Part shown: piece by piece, positions 33,749 through 44,975 of the stretch
How positions within the stretch are numbered: position 1 is the first letter of the stretch
How the letters are laid out: each line of letters starts with the position of its first letter
Assembly: GCF_009914755.1 (NCBI RefSeq)
Contig: NC_060926.1
From: the human T2T-CHM13v2.0 reference genome, Homo sapiens
Strand: one strand, 5' to 3'
Length of the DNA: 64,000 nt
Notes under the pieces: generated by a model
Seen by the model: only the letters and a program-made list of their open reading frames with translations
Database searches by the model: none
Told to the model about the DNA's origin: nothing
Translations under genes and position numbers: made by a program

Positions 33749-34607
33749 CTAGGCCCTGGTGGGTGGCTTGGGTTCGTGAGTGGAAAAGCACAGTTTTCTC
33801 TGGGGGGATAGTGCGCTCACTCACCACCTCCCTTGGCTGGGGGGAGGGGGTTCCCCTGCCCCGTGTGGCTCTCAGCTGGGCTGCGGTACTACACTGTTCT
33901 TCCTTCTCTCCGTGGGTCACGCCAGCCCTCTAGTCAACTTTGATGAGAGAACCTGGATACCTGGTTGCCAGTGAAGGATTCACACGCTTATTATGGGTTT
34001 TTTCCATGGGAGCCTCCAAAAGCCGCTGCTTCTAGTCAGCCATCTTGGCCCCACCCCTATTCCTGGATCCTTTCTTAAGGTTTTTCAGGCCTCTTTAAAT
34101 GATTATATTCTCTTATCTCCTTTTTTATGCATAAAATTAGAGACTTATGGTCCTCTTGTGTGTGATTTCCTGATAAAACCCCTCTCTTTGTTATAGAGAA
34201 AACAAATAAATACATGAGATATCAAAAAAGATATAAATTGAACCAGTTTACTCTGTATTTACATAAACACTTGGAAGAATGAAAGTGCTTGAGGCATAAA
34301 ATTATTCATGCCTATTTTAAAAGGTTTCCATTTATGAAAAAAAAAGAGAATGTCATAGTGGAATAAAGTATCACCAGTTTTAAAATAGTCGACTGAAAAA
34401 TGTTAAATCTTATCTTGATTACAAATTGTTGAAGGGAAGGAATTATGCATATTTATATTGATATAAGGACTGTGAAGTACTTGATCACCCACATAGAAAG
34501 CCAAAATATTGAAACTACGTACAATACCTGACTGCAGAGCCACAAGAGGAAACATCAGACTACTATTCTGGTGCAAAGCAAAGCTTTTTAAACTATGGGT
34601 TTAGAAC

Positions 34608-34826
34608 AGTGGTTCCCAGCTGGAGGCAATTTTATTCCCCCAAGGGACATTTCACAATGTCCAGAGACATTTTTCATTCTCACAATTGGGAGGAGGAGTT
34701 GGTACTGACATCTGGTGGGCAGAAGCCAGGAAAGGTACGAAACACCCTGCAATGCACAGGACAGGTCTCCCCAACCAATCATTATCTAGTCGGAAATGTC
34801 AGCGGTGCCAAAGTTCAGACACTCTG
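34608..34826 (+). mobile_element. MER20 (hAT-Charlie)
   Basis: cagtggttc...cccaagggacatttcacaatgtccagagacattttt...aaatgtcagcggtgccaaagtt. Confidence 0.85.
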
Positions 34827-35406
34827 GTATAAAACCACTAGGTCTCCTTAATATGCGGTTTGCTTTTTCAAAATTAAATGGATATATTTAGAAACATGTT
34901 TGTGTTTTTCTCATTAACAAGAAACTATTTACCAACCAAACAAATATAGCTTTCCTTTAAAACAAATGCTTCAATAAGAAGGCAGCTAGGATGTGGGGGT
35001 ATTAATACAATGTTAAACAATATGTATAAACTGAGTTTGGGTCATATGCCCCTTGAATATCATATCCCTGCTATGAAAGACTGAAATCATAATGGATAAA
35101 AAGATGACTGCCAATTTGGAAGGCACCGGGAAAACTCAAGCAAAACCTGTTTGGCTCTTAGTATAATCCCTATATAAGACAGGTTCTGGAGTATAAGGAA
35201 TAGAAAACAAACACCTGGAAGGACTCTTCCCAAGGTGAGCTCGGGTCTAGACATGTGGGTTAATAAAGCGTACTGCCACACAGGATTGTGGACTAAGTAA
35301 GGCAATCCACATAAAGAGCTCCGCACAGGGCAGACCCAGTAAATGTTTAAAAATATATTTGCTACAGTGAGGATGATGATGAATACCAGATATACACAAG
35401 ATTTCT

Positions 35407-35705
35407 GGCCAGGTGCAGTGGCTCATGCCTGTAATCTCAGCACTTTGGGAGGCTGAGGCAGGTGGATCACCTGAGGTCAGGAGTTCGAGACCAGCCTGGC
35501 CAACATGGTGAAACCCCATCTCTACTAAAAATACAAAATTAGCAAGGCATGGTGGCAGGTGCCTGTAATCCCAACTACTTGGGAGGCTGAGGCAGGAGAA
35601 TTGCTTGAACCCAGGAGGTGGAAGTGCAGTGAGCTGAGATTGCACCACTGCACTCCAGCCTAGGCGACAAAGTGAGACACTGTCTCAAAAAAAAAAAAAA
35701 AAAAA
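35407..35705 (+). mobile_element. AluSx/Sq-like
   Basis: Full dimer with A tail. Confidence 0.93.
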
Positions 35706-37074
35706 GAACATTTCTGAAATGAACACTGTAGTTTACCCCTAAACTTCTCCTTCCATATGCTTTGGCTATGCACTACTAGAAAGGCATTAAGGAGAAAGTT
35801 GGCTGGAAACCCCAATGCACTGACAACTAAAGGAGGTCTTTTATCTTAACTCCCCCTCTCAATATGGCAGAAACAAATGTTTTGAAACAAAAGTGAAAAA
35901 GGCTGGGGGGGAAAAGGGTGCTACTGAGTTCCACATTAAGATACAACAGCCACCCTCAACCATATGTACTGGTTTGTTATCTGCCAAAATATGTAGTTGG
36001 CCATTATGAAGGCATTGCCCATGCTTTCAAGTTGCCACAAAGCATATATTAATATTTATTTTTTATTACAGTAGTCATTCAGCATTGATTGAAGTCTATT
36101 ATATCATTTGCTCAGTCAACAAGTACGTACTAAGCATTCAACTACAGGTAGGACACCATGGGAGTTGCAAAGATCTATACAATTTTGTCTTTCCTCCCAA
36201 ATTGCTTACAATCAGGTAAAGAGAACAGTTAACCTGTGGTTAGCAAGAGACAAATCTGGGTGGCTCCGGAGACTCATTTCCTTCCCTCTTTTGCTAGCTT
36301 AGCAGAAAGCTGGCTCAGCTAAACAAATGAACAAAAAAATAGGCTGATACCAACCACTGGGCTCCAGGGGCTTTCCTTCTCCAATAAGGGCACTTCCCTG
36401 ATCAGAGAGCCTCCACTGTTACACAAGCACATAGATGCTCCCTGCCTACTGACCCTATAAATAGTAGAGCATTATCTACCAGAGCTGTGGCTATGGTGCA
36501 TACAGATATCCATGCCTAGCCTAGGATGCAGGTTGAGAGTTCAAGGGATTGTGTGCGTACTGCTACATGGCTGCTTATGAATTCTCCTCCAAATCAAACC
36601 TATATCTGCATTGTGTAGCATTAGCACTGCATGCAAGCAACCCCTCGCACATAGGCAGAACTGACAAAGGCAGCACATCCAGAGATGCAAATATCATGTT
36701 CACCATATCAACATTCCGACTTCATACAGATTTTATAAAATTTTAAATGTTTCCATTTGTATAGTACAAATTTGGATAATCATTCACTGAAAGCCTTCCT
36801 AAATCAAAAGGTATGTAGGAGGGCTGAATGAATCCCTGTTCTCTGAAGTTCCGTAATATATGGAAGGTGTGATTTCGCCTAGAGCCAACCACAGGGGTAA
36901 GTTCTCTTTAGGGGTGAGCCTTGAACCTTGACCAGGGTAGCCTCAGGAGGGGTGTTTCAAAGGAGAGATCATGTTCAGTTCTACATTGATCTGGGGCCAT
37001 ACTAAGTTAGGCCTTCTGGGAATTCTCTCTAACAGTCCAGGTTTTGCCAAAGAGGGATGGCATGAGGATTGTCT

Positions 37075-37249
37075 TCTCTTTTTACTTTTCTTTTCTTTGA
37101 GTGAGACAAGGTCTCACTCATTCATCCAGGCTGGAGTACTGTGGCACAGTCATAGCTCACTGCAGCCTCACACTCCTGGGCTCAAGTGATCCTCCTGCCT
37201 TGGCCTCCCAAAGTGTTGGGATTAGAGATGTTAGCCACCGCGCCCAGCC
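37075..37249 (-). mobile_element. FRAM/FAM-like Alu monomer
   Basis: Single reverse monomer. Confidence 0.8.
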
Positions 37250-37689
37250 TGTATGAGGATTCTGAGGACAAAACATGCTTTCCAAGCTACAGGCAGGCTT
37301 ATATCCCTCATTACAGCCATCACCAGCCATGCTGTCACCTCCAGGGTGAGATTGAGGCAAGAGAGGTCTAAGATGCAAAATGTAACAGGGCACTCCTACC
37401 TCACTCTTAAGGGGGCACTCCCCCTCAGGGTCCTGCAAGTACAGGGATGGCTTGTGATAGTCCAGAGAGAGAGCGCCTCCTCAAATGTCTACTTAGGCTC
37501 CTCACTGCCTCGCCATACTCCCAGCCCTGTTTACCTCTCCTTTTTTGCCTCCCTCCTACCTTGACGCCCCCCTTAATTTGTACATCATTCCTCCATGTAC
37601 ACTTTTAATAACCAGGATCTAGCCATGCCAAAAGAAATCATTAAGACTGGATCCACCTTAAAAGAGGTATGACTTAAGTGCAAGTTTGG

Positions 37690-37725
37690 AAAACAAACAA
37701 ACAAACAACAACAACAACAACAAAA
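37690..37725 (+). repeat. (AAAC)n/(AAC)n simple repeat
   Basis: Seen directly. Confidence 0.9.
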
Positions 37726-37987
37726 CCTGAATTATTTCCTCACACAAAAACTAGAATATATCTTGGAAAGTTCAGACGAGACTCACTTCCTAAATAGCTC
37801 ATTTTTCTTCCTGTCCATGACAACCACAAAAGCCAACTATAAAGCCATTTGGCAATGGTTGTGATTTCCAAGTTAAATGCCTTGCAATTAGCTCCTCCTA
37901 TATGTTTGTTAATCCTATTATGGCAACCTAATAAGTGTCACACCAATTTAGAAATTATTAGGTGTCAGAATGTGTTTTTCCTTTGTA

Positions 37988-38100
37988 AATAGAAATAGAA
38001 CAATTTCTATTTCTATTGTAATAGGAATAGAACAATTTCTATTTCTATTGTAATAGGAATAGAACAATTTCTATTTCTATTGTAATAGGAATAGAACAAT
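37988..38100. repeat. 32-bp quasi-palindromic tandem repeat, about 3.3-3.5 copies
   Basis: Unit aatagaacaatttctatttctattgtaatagg starts at 37994, 38026 and 38058, with a partial copy at 38090. Confidence 0.95.
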
Positions 38101-38150
38101 AGTAAAATGATTTCATTTTATGTTTATTTTTTACTTTACCAGTCTAGAGT

Positions 38151-38481
38151 CTTTTCTTCTTCTTCTTCTTCTTTTTTTTTTTTTTTTTTTTTGAGACAGG
38201 TTCTTGCTCTGTTGTCCACAACGGAGGTACAGTGGCACAATGTTGGCTCACTGCAGCCTCGACCTCTTGGGCTCAAGTGATCCTTCCGCCTCAGCCTCTT
38301 GAGTAGCTGGGACTACAGGCACGTGCCACCACACCTGGTTAATTTTTGTATCTCATTTATTTATTTATTTGTAGAGACAGGCTCTTGCTATGTTTCCCTG
38401 GCTAGTCCTGGCCTCAAGCAATCCTCCCACCTTGTCCTCCCAAAGTGCTGGGGTTACAGGCATGAGCACTATGCCAGGCCC
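38151..38481 (-). mobile_element. AluJ with (CTT)n/T tail and TSD
   Basis: Flanked by cagtctagagtcttt on both sides. Confidence 0.92.
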
Positions 38482-38709
38482 AGTCTAGAGTCTTTGTAGT
38501 AACCTCAGCATGTATCAGTCTATTGTACTTTGTAATTTGGTTCCCTCTTTACCAAAGAAGAATTTCCATCTAAACATGCAACCATATTTTGTGATCAGGA
38601 TCATAATTGACAAGTAAGACAGTGTTAAGTGGCAAGGTCATAATGTATCTTCAGGATTTTGAGAGCTGCCTTAGAATCCTTAGCTTTTGCCATCTTAAAA
38701 CTTACTTGA

Positions 38710-38994
38710 GGCCAGGCACGGTGACTCACGCCTGTAATCCTAGCACTTTGGGAGGCCAAGGCGGACGGATCACGAGGTCAGGAGATCAAGACCATCCTGG
38801 CTAACACAGTGAAACCCCGTCTCTACTAAAAATACAAAAAGAAATTAGCTGGGCATGGTGGTGGGCACCTGTAGTCCCAGCTACTTGGGAGACGCAGGAG
38901 AATGGCGTGAACCCGGGAGGTGGAGCCTGCAGTGAGCCAAGATCGTGCCACTGCACTCCAGCCTGAGCAACAGAGCAAGACTCCGTCTCAAAAA

Positions 38995-39036
<42 letters not shown>
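38710..39036 (+). mobile_element. AluY with (TAAA)n tail
   Basis: gagatcaagaccatcctggctaacac diagnostic; flanks share cttacttga. Confidence 0.92.
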
Positions 39037-39037
<1 letters not shown>

Positions 39038-39503
39038 GTTAAAAAAAAAAACACCTTACTTGATTGGTTTAGGAATTTGAGAGCTTCACAAACATTATCC
39101 CATGAAAACAAGGCATAGTTTCATCATCTAAAAAATGATGACAGCTGCAAATGCCAAATAATGAATATCAAATGGTGAATCTTGGTTTAAAACAACATGA
39201 ACGACAGCAGATGAGCCACACTAATCTAGTCATGCCTCACTGACCTTTCTTCATCTAAGAGTTTATTACTTACCTATTGCTGCTGTAAGAATGACCACAA
39301 ACTTAATGGCTTAAGCCAACACAAGTTTAATATTTTGTAGTTCTGGATGTCAGAAGTCCAAAATGTATCTCACTGGCCTAAAATCAAGGTGTCAGCAGGA
39401 CTGTGTTCCTTCTGGAGGCTCTAAGGGAGGATCTGTTTCCTGGCCTTTTCCAGCTTCTAAAGCCAGCCACCTCCCTTGGCTCATAGGCCCCTTCCTCCAT
39501 ATT

Positions 39504-39884
39504 TGATATGGTTTGGCTCTGTTTCCCTACCCAAATTTCATGTTGAATTGTTATTCCCAGTGTTGGGGGAGGGTTCTGGTGGAGGGCGATTGGATTATGG
39601 GGCTGATTTTTCCCTTGCTGTTCTTGTGATAGTGAGTTCTCACGAGATCTGGTTATTTAAAAGTGTGTGGCACTTCGCCCTTTTCTCTCTCTCTCCTGCT
39701 CCACCACGGTTAAGATGTGCCTGCCTCCCCTTCCCCTTCGCCTTCCGCCATGATTCTAAGTTTCCTGAGGCCTCCCAGCCATGCTTCCTGTACAGCCTTC
39801 AGAACTGTGAGTCAAACCTCTTTTCTTCATAAACTACCCAGTCTCAGGTAGTTCTTTATAGCAGTGTGAGAATGGACTAATACA
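39504..39884 (+). mobile_element. MSTA/THE1D-type MaLR solo LTR
   Basis: tgatatggtttggct ... ggactaataca termini; 5-bp TSD atatt (39499-39503 and 39885-39889). Confidence 0.92.
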
Positions 39885-40055
39885 ATATTCAAAAAAGTAA
39901 TGTCAGACTGAGTCATCCTCACAATGCCATCTCTCTTGTTCTCTCTCTTCTGCCTCCCTCTTCCACTCACAAGAACCCAAGTGATTACATAAGACTCACT
40001 GGGATAATCCTGTACAATCTCCCCATCTCAAGGTCAACTGATAAGTAAATTTACC

Positions 40056-40353
40056 TTTTTATTTATTTTATTTTTGAGATGGGGGTCTCCCTCTATTGCC
40101 TAGGTTAGAGTCAATGACATGATCATAGCTCATTGCAGCCTCATCCTCCTGGGCTCAAGGGATCTTCTCACCTCTGCATCCTAAGTAACTGGGACTATAG
40201 GCGTGTGCTGCCTTGGCTGGCTAATTTTATAATTTTTTGTAGGGATGGAGTCTTGCTGTGTTGCCCAGGCTGGTCTCGAACTCCTGGCCTCAAGCAATCC
40301 TGCTGGCTCCACCTCCCAAAGTGCTGGGATTAAAAGAGTGAACTATGATACCC
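40056..40353 (-). mobile_element. AluJ inside MLT1
   Basis: Diverged reverse dimer. Confidence 0.88.
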
Positions 40354-41927
40354 AGTTAATAAGCAACTTTAACTCCCATTTCTCATGAAACCCAACATAT
40401 TCACAGATTCCAGGGATTAGTATGTGGACATCTTTGGGCAGCCATTGTTCTGCCCAGCATGAGGAGTTTAGATGAAATTTGCCCTGTGTGAGGCAGGGGC
40501 TTATATGATTCATGACATTTCCAGTATCAGATCTTTGGCATGTATAGTCTGAAGTTTTCTGACAATCAGAACTTTCCAAAAGATATTTACCAAGACAGTT
40601 GCAGTTTGTGGACTCCAGCAGCTGGTAAAACTCACAAATCCTGTTTTCATTCTAATATTTTTTAGACCTTTTGAATTTTGCAAGTCAGTTTCATAAAACA
40701 TTGAGTTGATTCCTAAAAGATCAAATGTAGTCAATACTGAGCGTTTGTTGATTTTGCCTACTGCAAAAGAACCTCAAGTTGGAATCTCTCTACATTCATA
40801 TTTGTGAGTCTATGAGGATTGCCAGCTTGTCTTAAGGAACTGTGCTCACTCCCTGCCCAGTTGTGCAATACCCAGAACTCTGAAGAAACAGCAAGGCTGG
40901 GCTCATTGCGGACTTGTCTGAATGGGTGTGAGGCAACAGGTGGAACCATGGTGAAATGGAGAGCACATGAAAGTATTTCAGGTAAGCATTATTTTAAGAA
41001 ATAATAACAACTATGCTCAACCAAACAAAAGCAACTGCAAGTCAGAGTTAGCCTCCAGACTATGTGGTGGCTCCTCCTCCTAGCTATTGCTTCTATTCTG
41101 AAACTGGGTCCAACACCTAAACTCCAGAGGACTCCACTACTTTGCTTTTAGACCTCACCTCATTTGCCCTCTCAGTTGCATAGGGCAGGGTGTCCTTAAA
41201 GACTCTGCCATCCCATCTTGGTCTTTATTTATGTGCTGGATCTCTCACCTGCTAGCTTGGCTTTCAACACATTGCTGTCTAGACTTGAACTTCCGTGCTT
41301 TGCTCCCCAGTCTTGGCAGCAGGCCCATGACCCCGTGTAGCCCCTTGCTGAGCACATGACTTGCTGTTATAGAAACTAGGTGCAGGGAGCTGGAGGAAGC
41401 CTGGGTGGAGGCCCGGATGGCATCTAGCTGACATTCCATTCTTCAAGTACAAAATATCAGTCTTGGCCAGATAATTTCAGACTGGCCTACAGAATTCTAA
41501 TGGGAAATGTTTTTGCTAAGCATCAGCCAATAAAAGCTCATTTACAAAATGCAAGAAGAACCATAAGACTAAGGAAACTTGGATTCTATTCCTAACCCTC
41601 TTGCAGATTGGCTGGGTAACCCTAGGAAAGTTCCTCACCTCTAAAAATTGATCTGTTTCCTCACGACTAAAATGTGGAAGACTGGGAAATTGTTTCCTGA
41701 TTTCATGGACCCAACACTAAGTAAAGTAAAATTAAAGCAAGGTAATACTTTCACATACTCAGGCAGTATAATTCGGTAATTTCTAGTAATTCTCCATGAG
41801 TTTCCATCTCATCTCCATTCAGAGGGACTGGTTTTTTAATGTGACTCTATGATACATTATATACCTACATAGATACATGCATTTATACATGCATACATAC
41901 ATACGTGCGTGTAATCTATTCTGAAAT

Positions 41928-42201
41928 CTTTTTTTTTTTTTTTTTTTTTTTTTTGAGACAGAGTCTCGCTCTGTCGCCCAGGCTGGAGTGCAGTGGCGCA
42001 ATCTCGGCTCACTGCTAGCTCCACCTCCCGGGTTCATGCCATTCTCCTGCCTCAACCTCCCGAGTAGCTGGGACTACAGGCGCCCACTACCACTCCCGGC
42101 TAATTATTTGTATTTTTAGTAGAGATGGGGTTTCACCGTGTTAGCCAGGATGGTCTTGATCTCCTGACCTCGTGATCTGCCCGCCTCGCCCTCCCAAAGT
42201 G
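41928..42201 (-). mobile_element. AluY, about 30 nt 5'-truncated, with TSD
   Basis: AluY diagnostics (gttagccaggatggtct, ctgacctcgtgat); flanked by tattctgaaatct. Confidence 0.93.
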
Positions 42202-43599
42202 TATTCTGAAATCTCTTAAAGTAGATTATAGAAAATTGATTCTGAAATCTCTTACATTGCAGCTATTACTACTATACAATATAATTTATATTGCCACTAT
42301 ATAATATAATTTGTATTATATACATATAATAATATATGGAGGGATCTTCTTACCTCTGCATACTGAGTAGCTGGGACTACAGGTGTGTGCCATCATGGCT
42401 GCTATAGTATATATATATAATTACATCATATAATATGTATATATTACACCACCACAGAGAAAAGTTGTAATATGATGAAGGTGAATTACTTATATTAGGA
42501 ATCCCTAAGAAGCATTCTCAATCCCTGGATGAATAAGAGAAGTTCTGGAATATATTTACCTTAGAAAGTTTTAGGAAGTTTCAGAACAGATTCCACTTTC
42601 TGGAATGCCAGACTGGCATTTTTTCAACACAGGGTGTTTATAACACATATGATATCTGTTTTTCATCCTTAGAATTCCAAGCCAACTCCTTTTTGTAACA
42701 CGGTTGAGGTGTGGTAAGGATAGGTACCCTTTACACATTGTGACAATGATTCTATCGTTTTTTTCAAGGAATCCCACGCAATGCTTCCGGATGAAACTTT
42801 CTGACCTATTTAAACAGAGCTGATAATTCCATTTTTATCACCTCTATTATGATATGGATCATATTTGTATTGTACTCAGCTGTTTATTCCTCTGCCTCTC
42901 CCACTTATCTGTGATCTCTTTAAGAATATCCATTGGATTTTATTCTTCTTTGTATCCCCAGCACCCAGTGGAGTACCTGGCACATAAAAGCCATTAAACA
43001 GTGGTTAGTGAACAAATGACTTAATTAATTGTTAAGGAAAGTTACCTGCACTCTAAGCTACTTGAAGCATTTCTATTATTTTCTGATTTTATAACAGAGA
43101 ATGAGCAGTAGAAGAATACAGCTATTAGCTAACACATTTTGTATTATTTGGTAGTCACATATCAGAAATAATTCCTTTATATTTGGAGGATGTACGTCCC
43201 AATTTCATTTGTACATGTGAAACAATTTCTGAACGTCCTTTAAAAGTAAGGTCCTAAAGTTGAAGTACCATGCTTTTGAAACTGTCTTTCTATGGGTACC
43301 AAACCTACAGAGCTGCATTTAAAATCCTATCAAGTTAATGTTTTTGCTGCTGAATGAATTCCATAAGTCACTTATAGGAAAACATCTATCATTTTGGAAT
43401 CATGTACATTAGCAATCCCTGGTACCTGGAAGAATTTTCAATTTTGTTTGGCAACTGTGCATATTTCTTCTGAATTCAAAGGAGCAGGGTGGATAGGTTG
43501 TTTGTAGGATTTGCAAACATCCAAATATAGGGATAGAAAAGAGGAGCAGGGAGGGGGTGGGGAGGGTGGGGAGGCTAGGGTGAAATTCCAGGGAAAGGG

Positions 43600-44350
43600 C
43601 CTTAGAGGCTGGTGTAGGGGGCAACAGCAAGGTGGTGGAGAAGGGTAACATTCAGAATATACTGTGAAGACAGAACTGACAGGACTTGCTGATGGATTGG
43701 ATGCAGGATGTGAGAAGGAGAGTTAAACCTGAATCCAAGGTGTTTGACCCAAGCAACTAGAAGAATCGACATACCACTTGCTGGGATGTGAAAGACCACA
43801 GGAAAAGCAGGTGAACCCAGATCTGGACATGATTAATTTGTTTGCCTATTAAACAACCAAATGGAGGTATTGAGTAGGCAGTTGGAATTCAGGAGATAGG
43901 TTAGGACCAAAGTTATAATTTTGGGAGGAATGTTAGAATACATTGAATATTTTAAAGCCTCAAGGATGGATGAGATAAATGAAAGAATGTATATAGGCAG
44001 AAAGAGAAGACATTGAAGGACTGAGTGCTGGGTCTCCAAAATCTAGCAGTCAGAAGATGAGGAATCAGTATAGGTATCTGAGAACTAGTTGCCAAAAAAG
44101 CCAGAGGAAAACCAAGAGAGTGTGTATCCTTGAAGACAAGTGAAGAAAAGTAAAGAAGAATGATCAGTTTTCTCAAATACTGCTCATAAGGCAAGCAAAT
44201 CATGGGCCACAGCAATATGGAAGTCATTGGCAACCCTGACAAGAACAGTTTCACTAGATTATGGGGGCAAAAGCCTGATCAGAGCAGACTCAATAAAGGG
44301 TGAAGAGAAGTAGAAGGCAGGGAATAGAAAAACTCTGAAATGGAATTTTG
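43600..44350 (-). mobile_element. L2 body fragment (continues at about 44990-45660)
   Basis: gacaggacttgctgatggattggatg and ggaagtcattggcaaccctgacaagaacagtttca L2 motifs. Confidence 0.7.
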
Positions 44351-44361
44351 CTATAAAAAGC

Positions 44362-44975
44362 AGAGTCTCTAAAATGAGGGTCCCCAAAGAATCTATGGAT
44401 AGAATTCAGAGAGCTCAGGGATTTTGATGGAAAAAAAATTACATCTGTATTTTGACTCCTCCCTAATGCAGCATTTTCTTCAACTAATAATATAATAGCA
44501 GCATCTGTTACTTCATAGCCTATAGAAATTGTGGATATTTTCATATTACATTATAGTTGTTACATATATCTCAAAACATCATGCTCATTACTATTTCAAA
44601 TTTACAGTAATTACTGTACCCATCACTAGGTCTCATGTGACTGTGCTCTTCTGCTCTACAAGTGCTCCGATGGAAGGAAACTTCTTATACTGAAGAGTGA
44701 CAGGTTTTGGAATCAGAAACCTTGATTTAAATCCTTGACTGCTACTTACTAACTTTGCCTTTGGGTGTCTAACTCTCTAAGCCTCAGTTTCTTCATTTGT
44801 AACATGCTACCGTATCACAACAGTGGAAAGTTATTTTGATCAGTATATTAATATCCTGTGTTTCTTTTTTAGCCTTATGTTTCACTTTAAGCACTTTAAA
44901 ACATTATTCTGAGAAGGAGTCCACGGCTTCACCAGACCATTAAAGGTCTTTATGGCACAAAAAAGTTAGGAATTT
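44362..44975 (+). mobile_element. hAT-Charlie element (Charlie4a-like) with a foreign internal insert
   Basis: atggatagaattcag...gatggaaaaaaaattacatct 5' part and ttctgagaaggagtcc...atggcacaaaaaagttagga 3' part. Confidence 0.7.

Larger units (their letters stand above)
39262..40459 (-). mobile_element. MLT1 (MLT1C/D-like) MaLR LTR split by two later insertions
   Basis: gttctggatgtcagaagtccaaaat...aatcaaggtgtcagcagg; resumes after 39889 and after 40353; ends ggacatctttgggcagccattgttctgcc. Confidence 0.8.

Noticed and set aside
36455-36464. CTATAAATAG, a perfect MEF2/TATA-like motif
   Set aside because: A single 10-mer in 64 kb of AT-rich DNA is expected by chance, and there is no supporting cluster or CpG island.
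37988-38100. CRISPR-like 32-bp palindromic repeats
   Set aside because: The units are directly adjacent with no unique spacers, there are no cas genes, and the context is eukaryotic.
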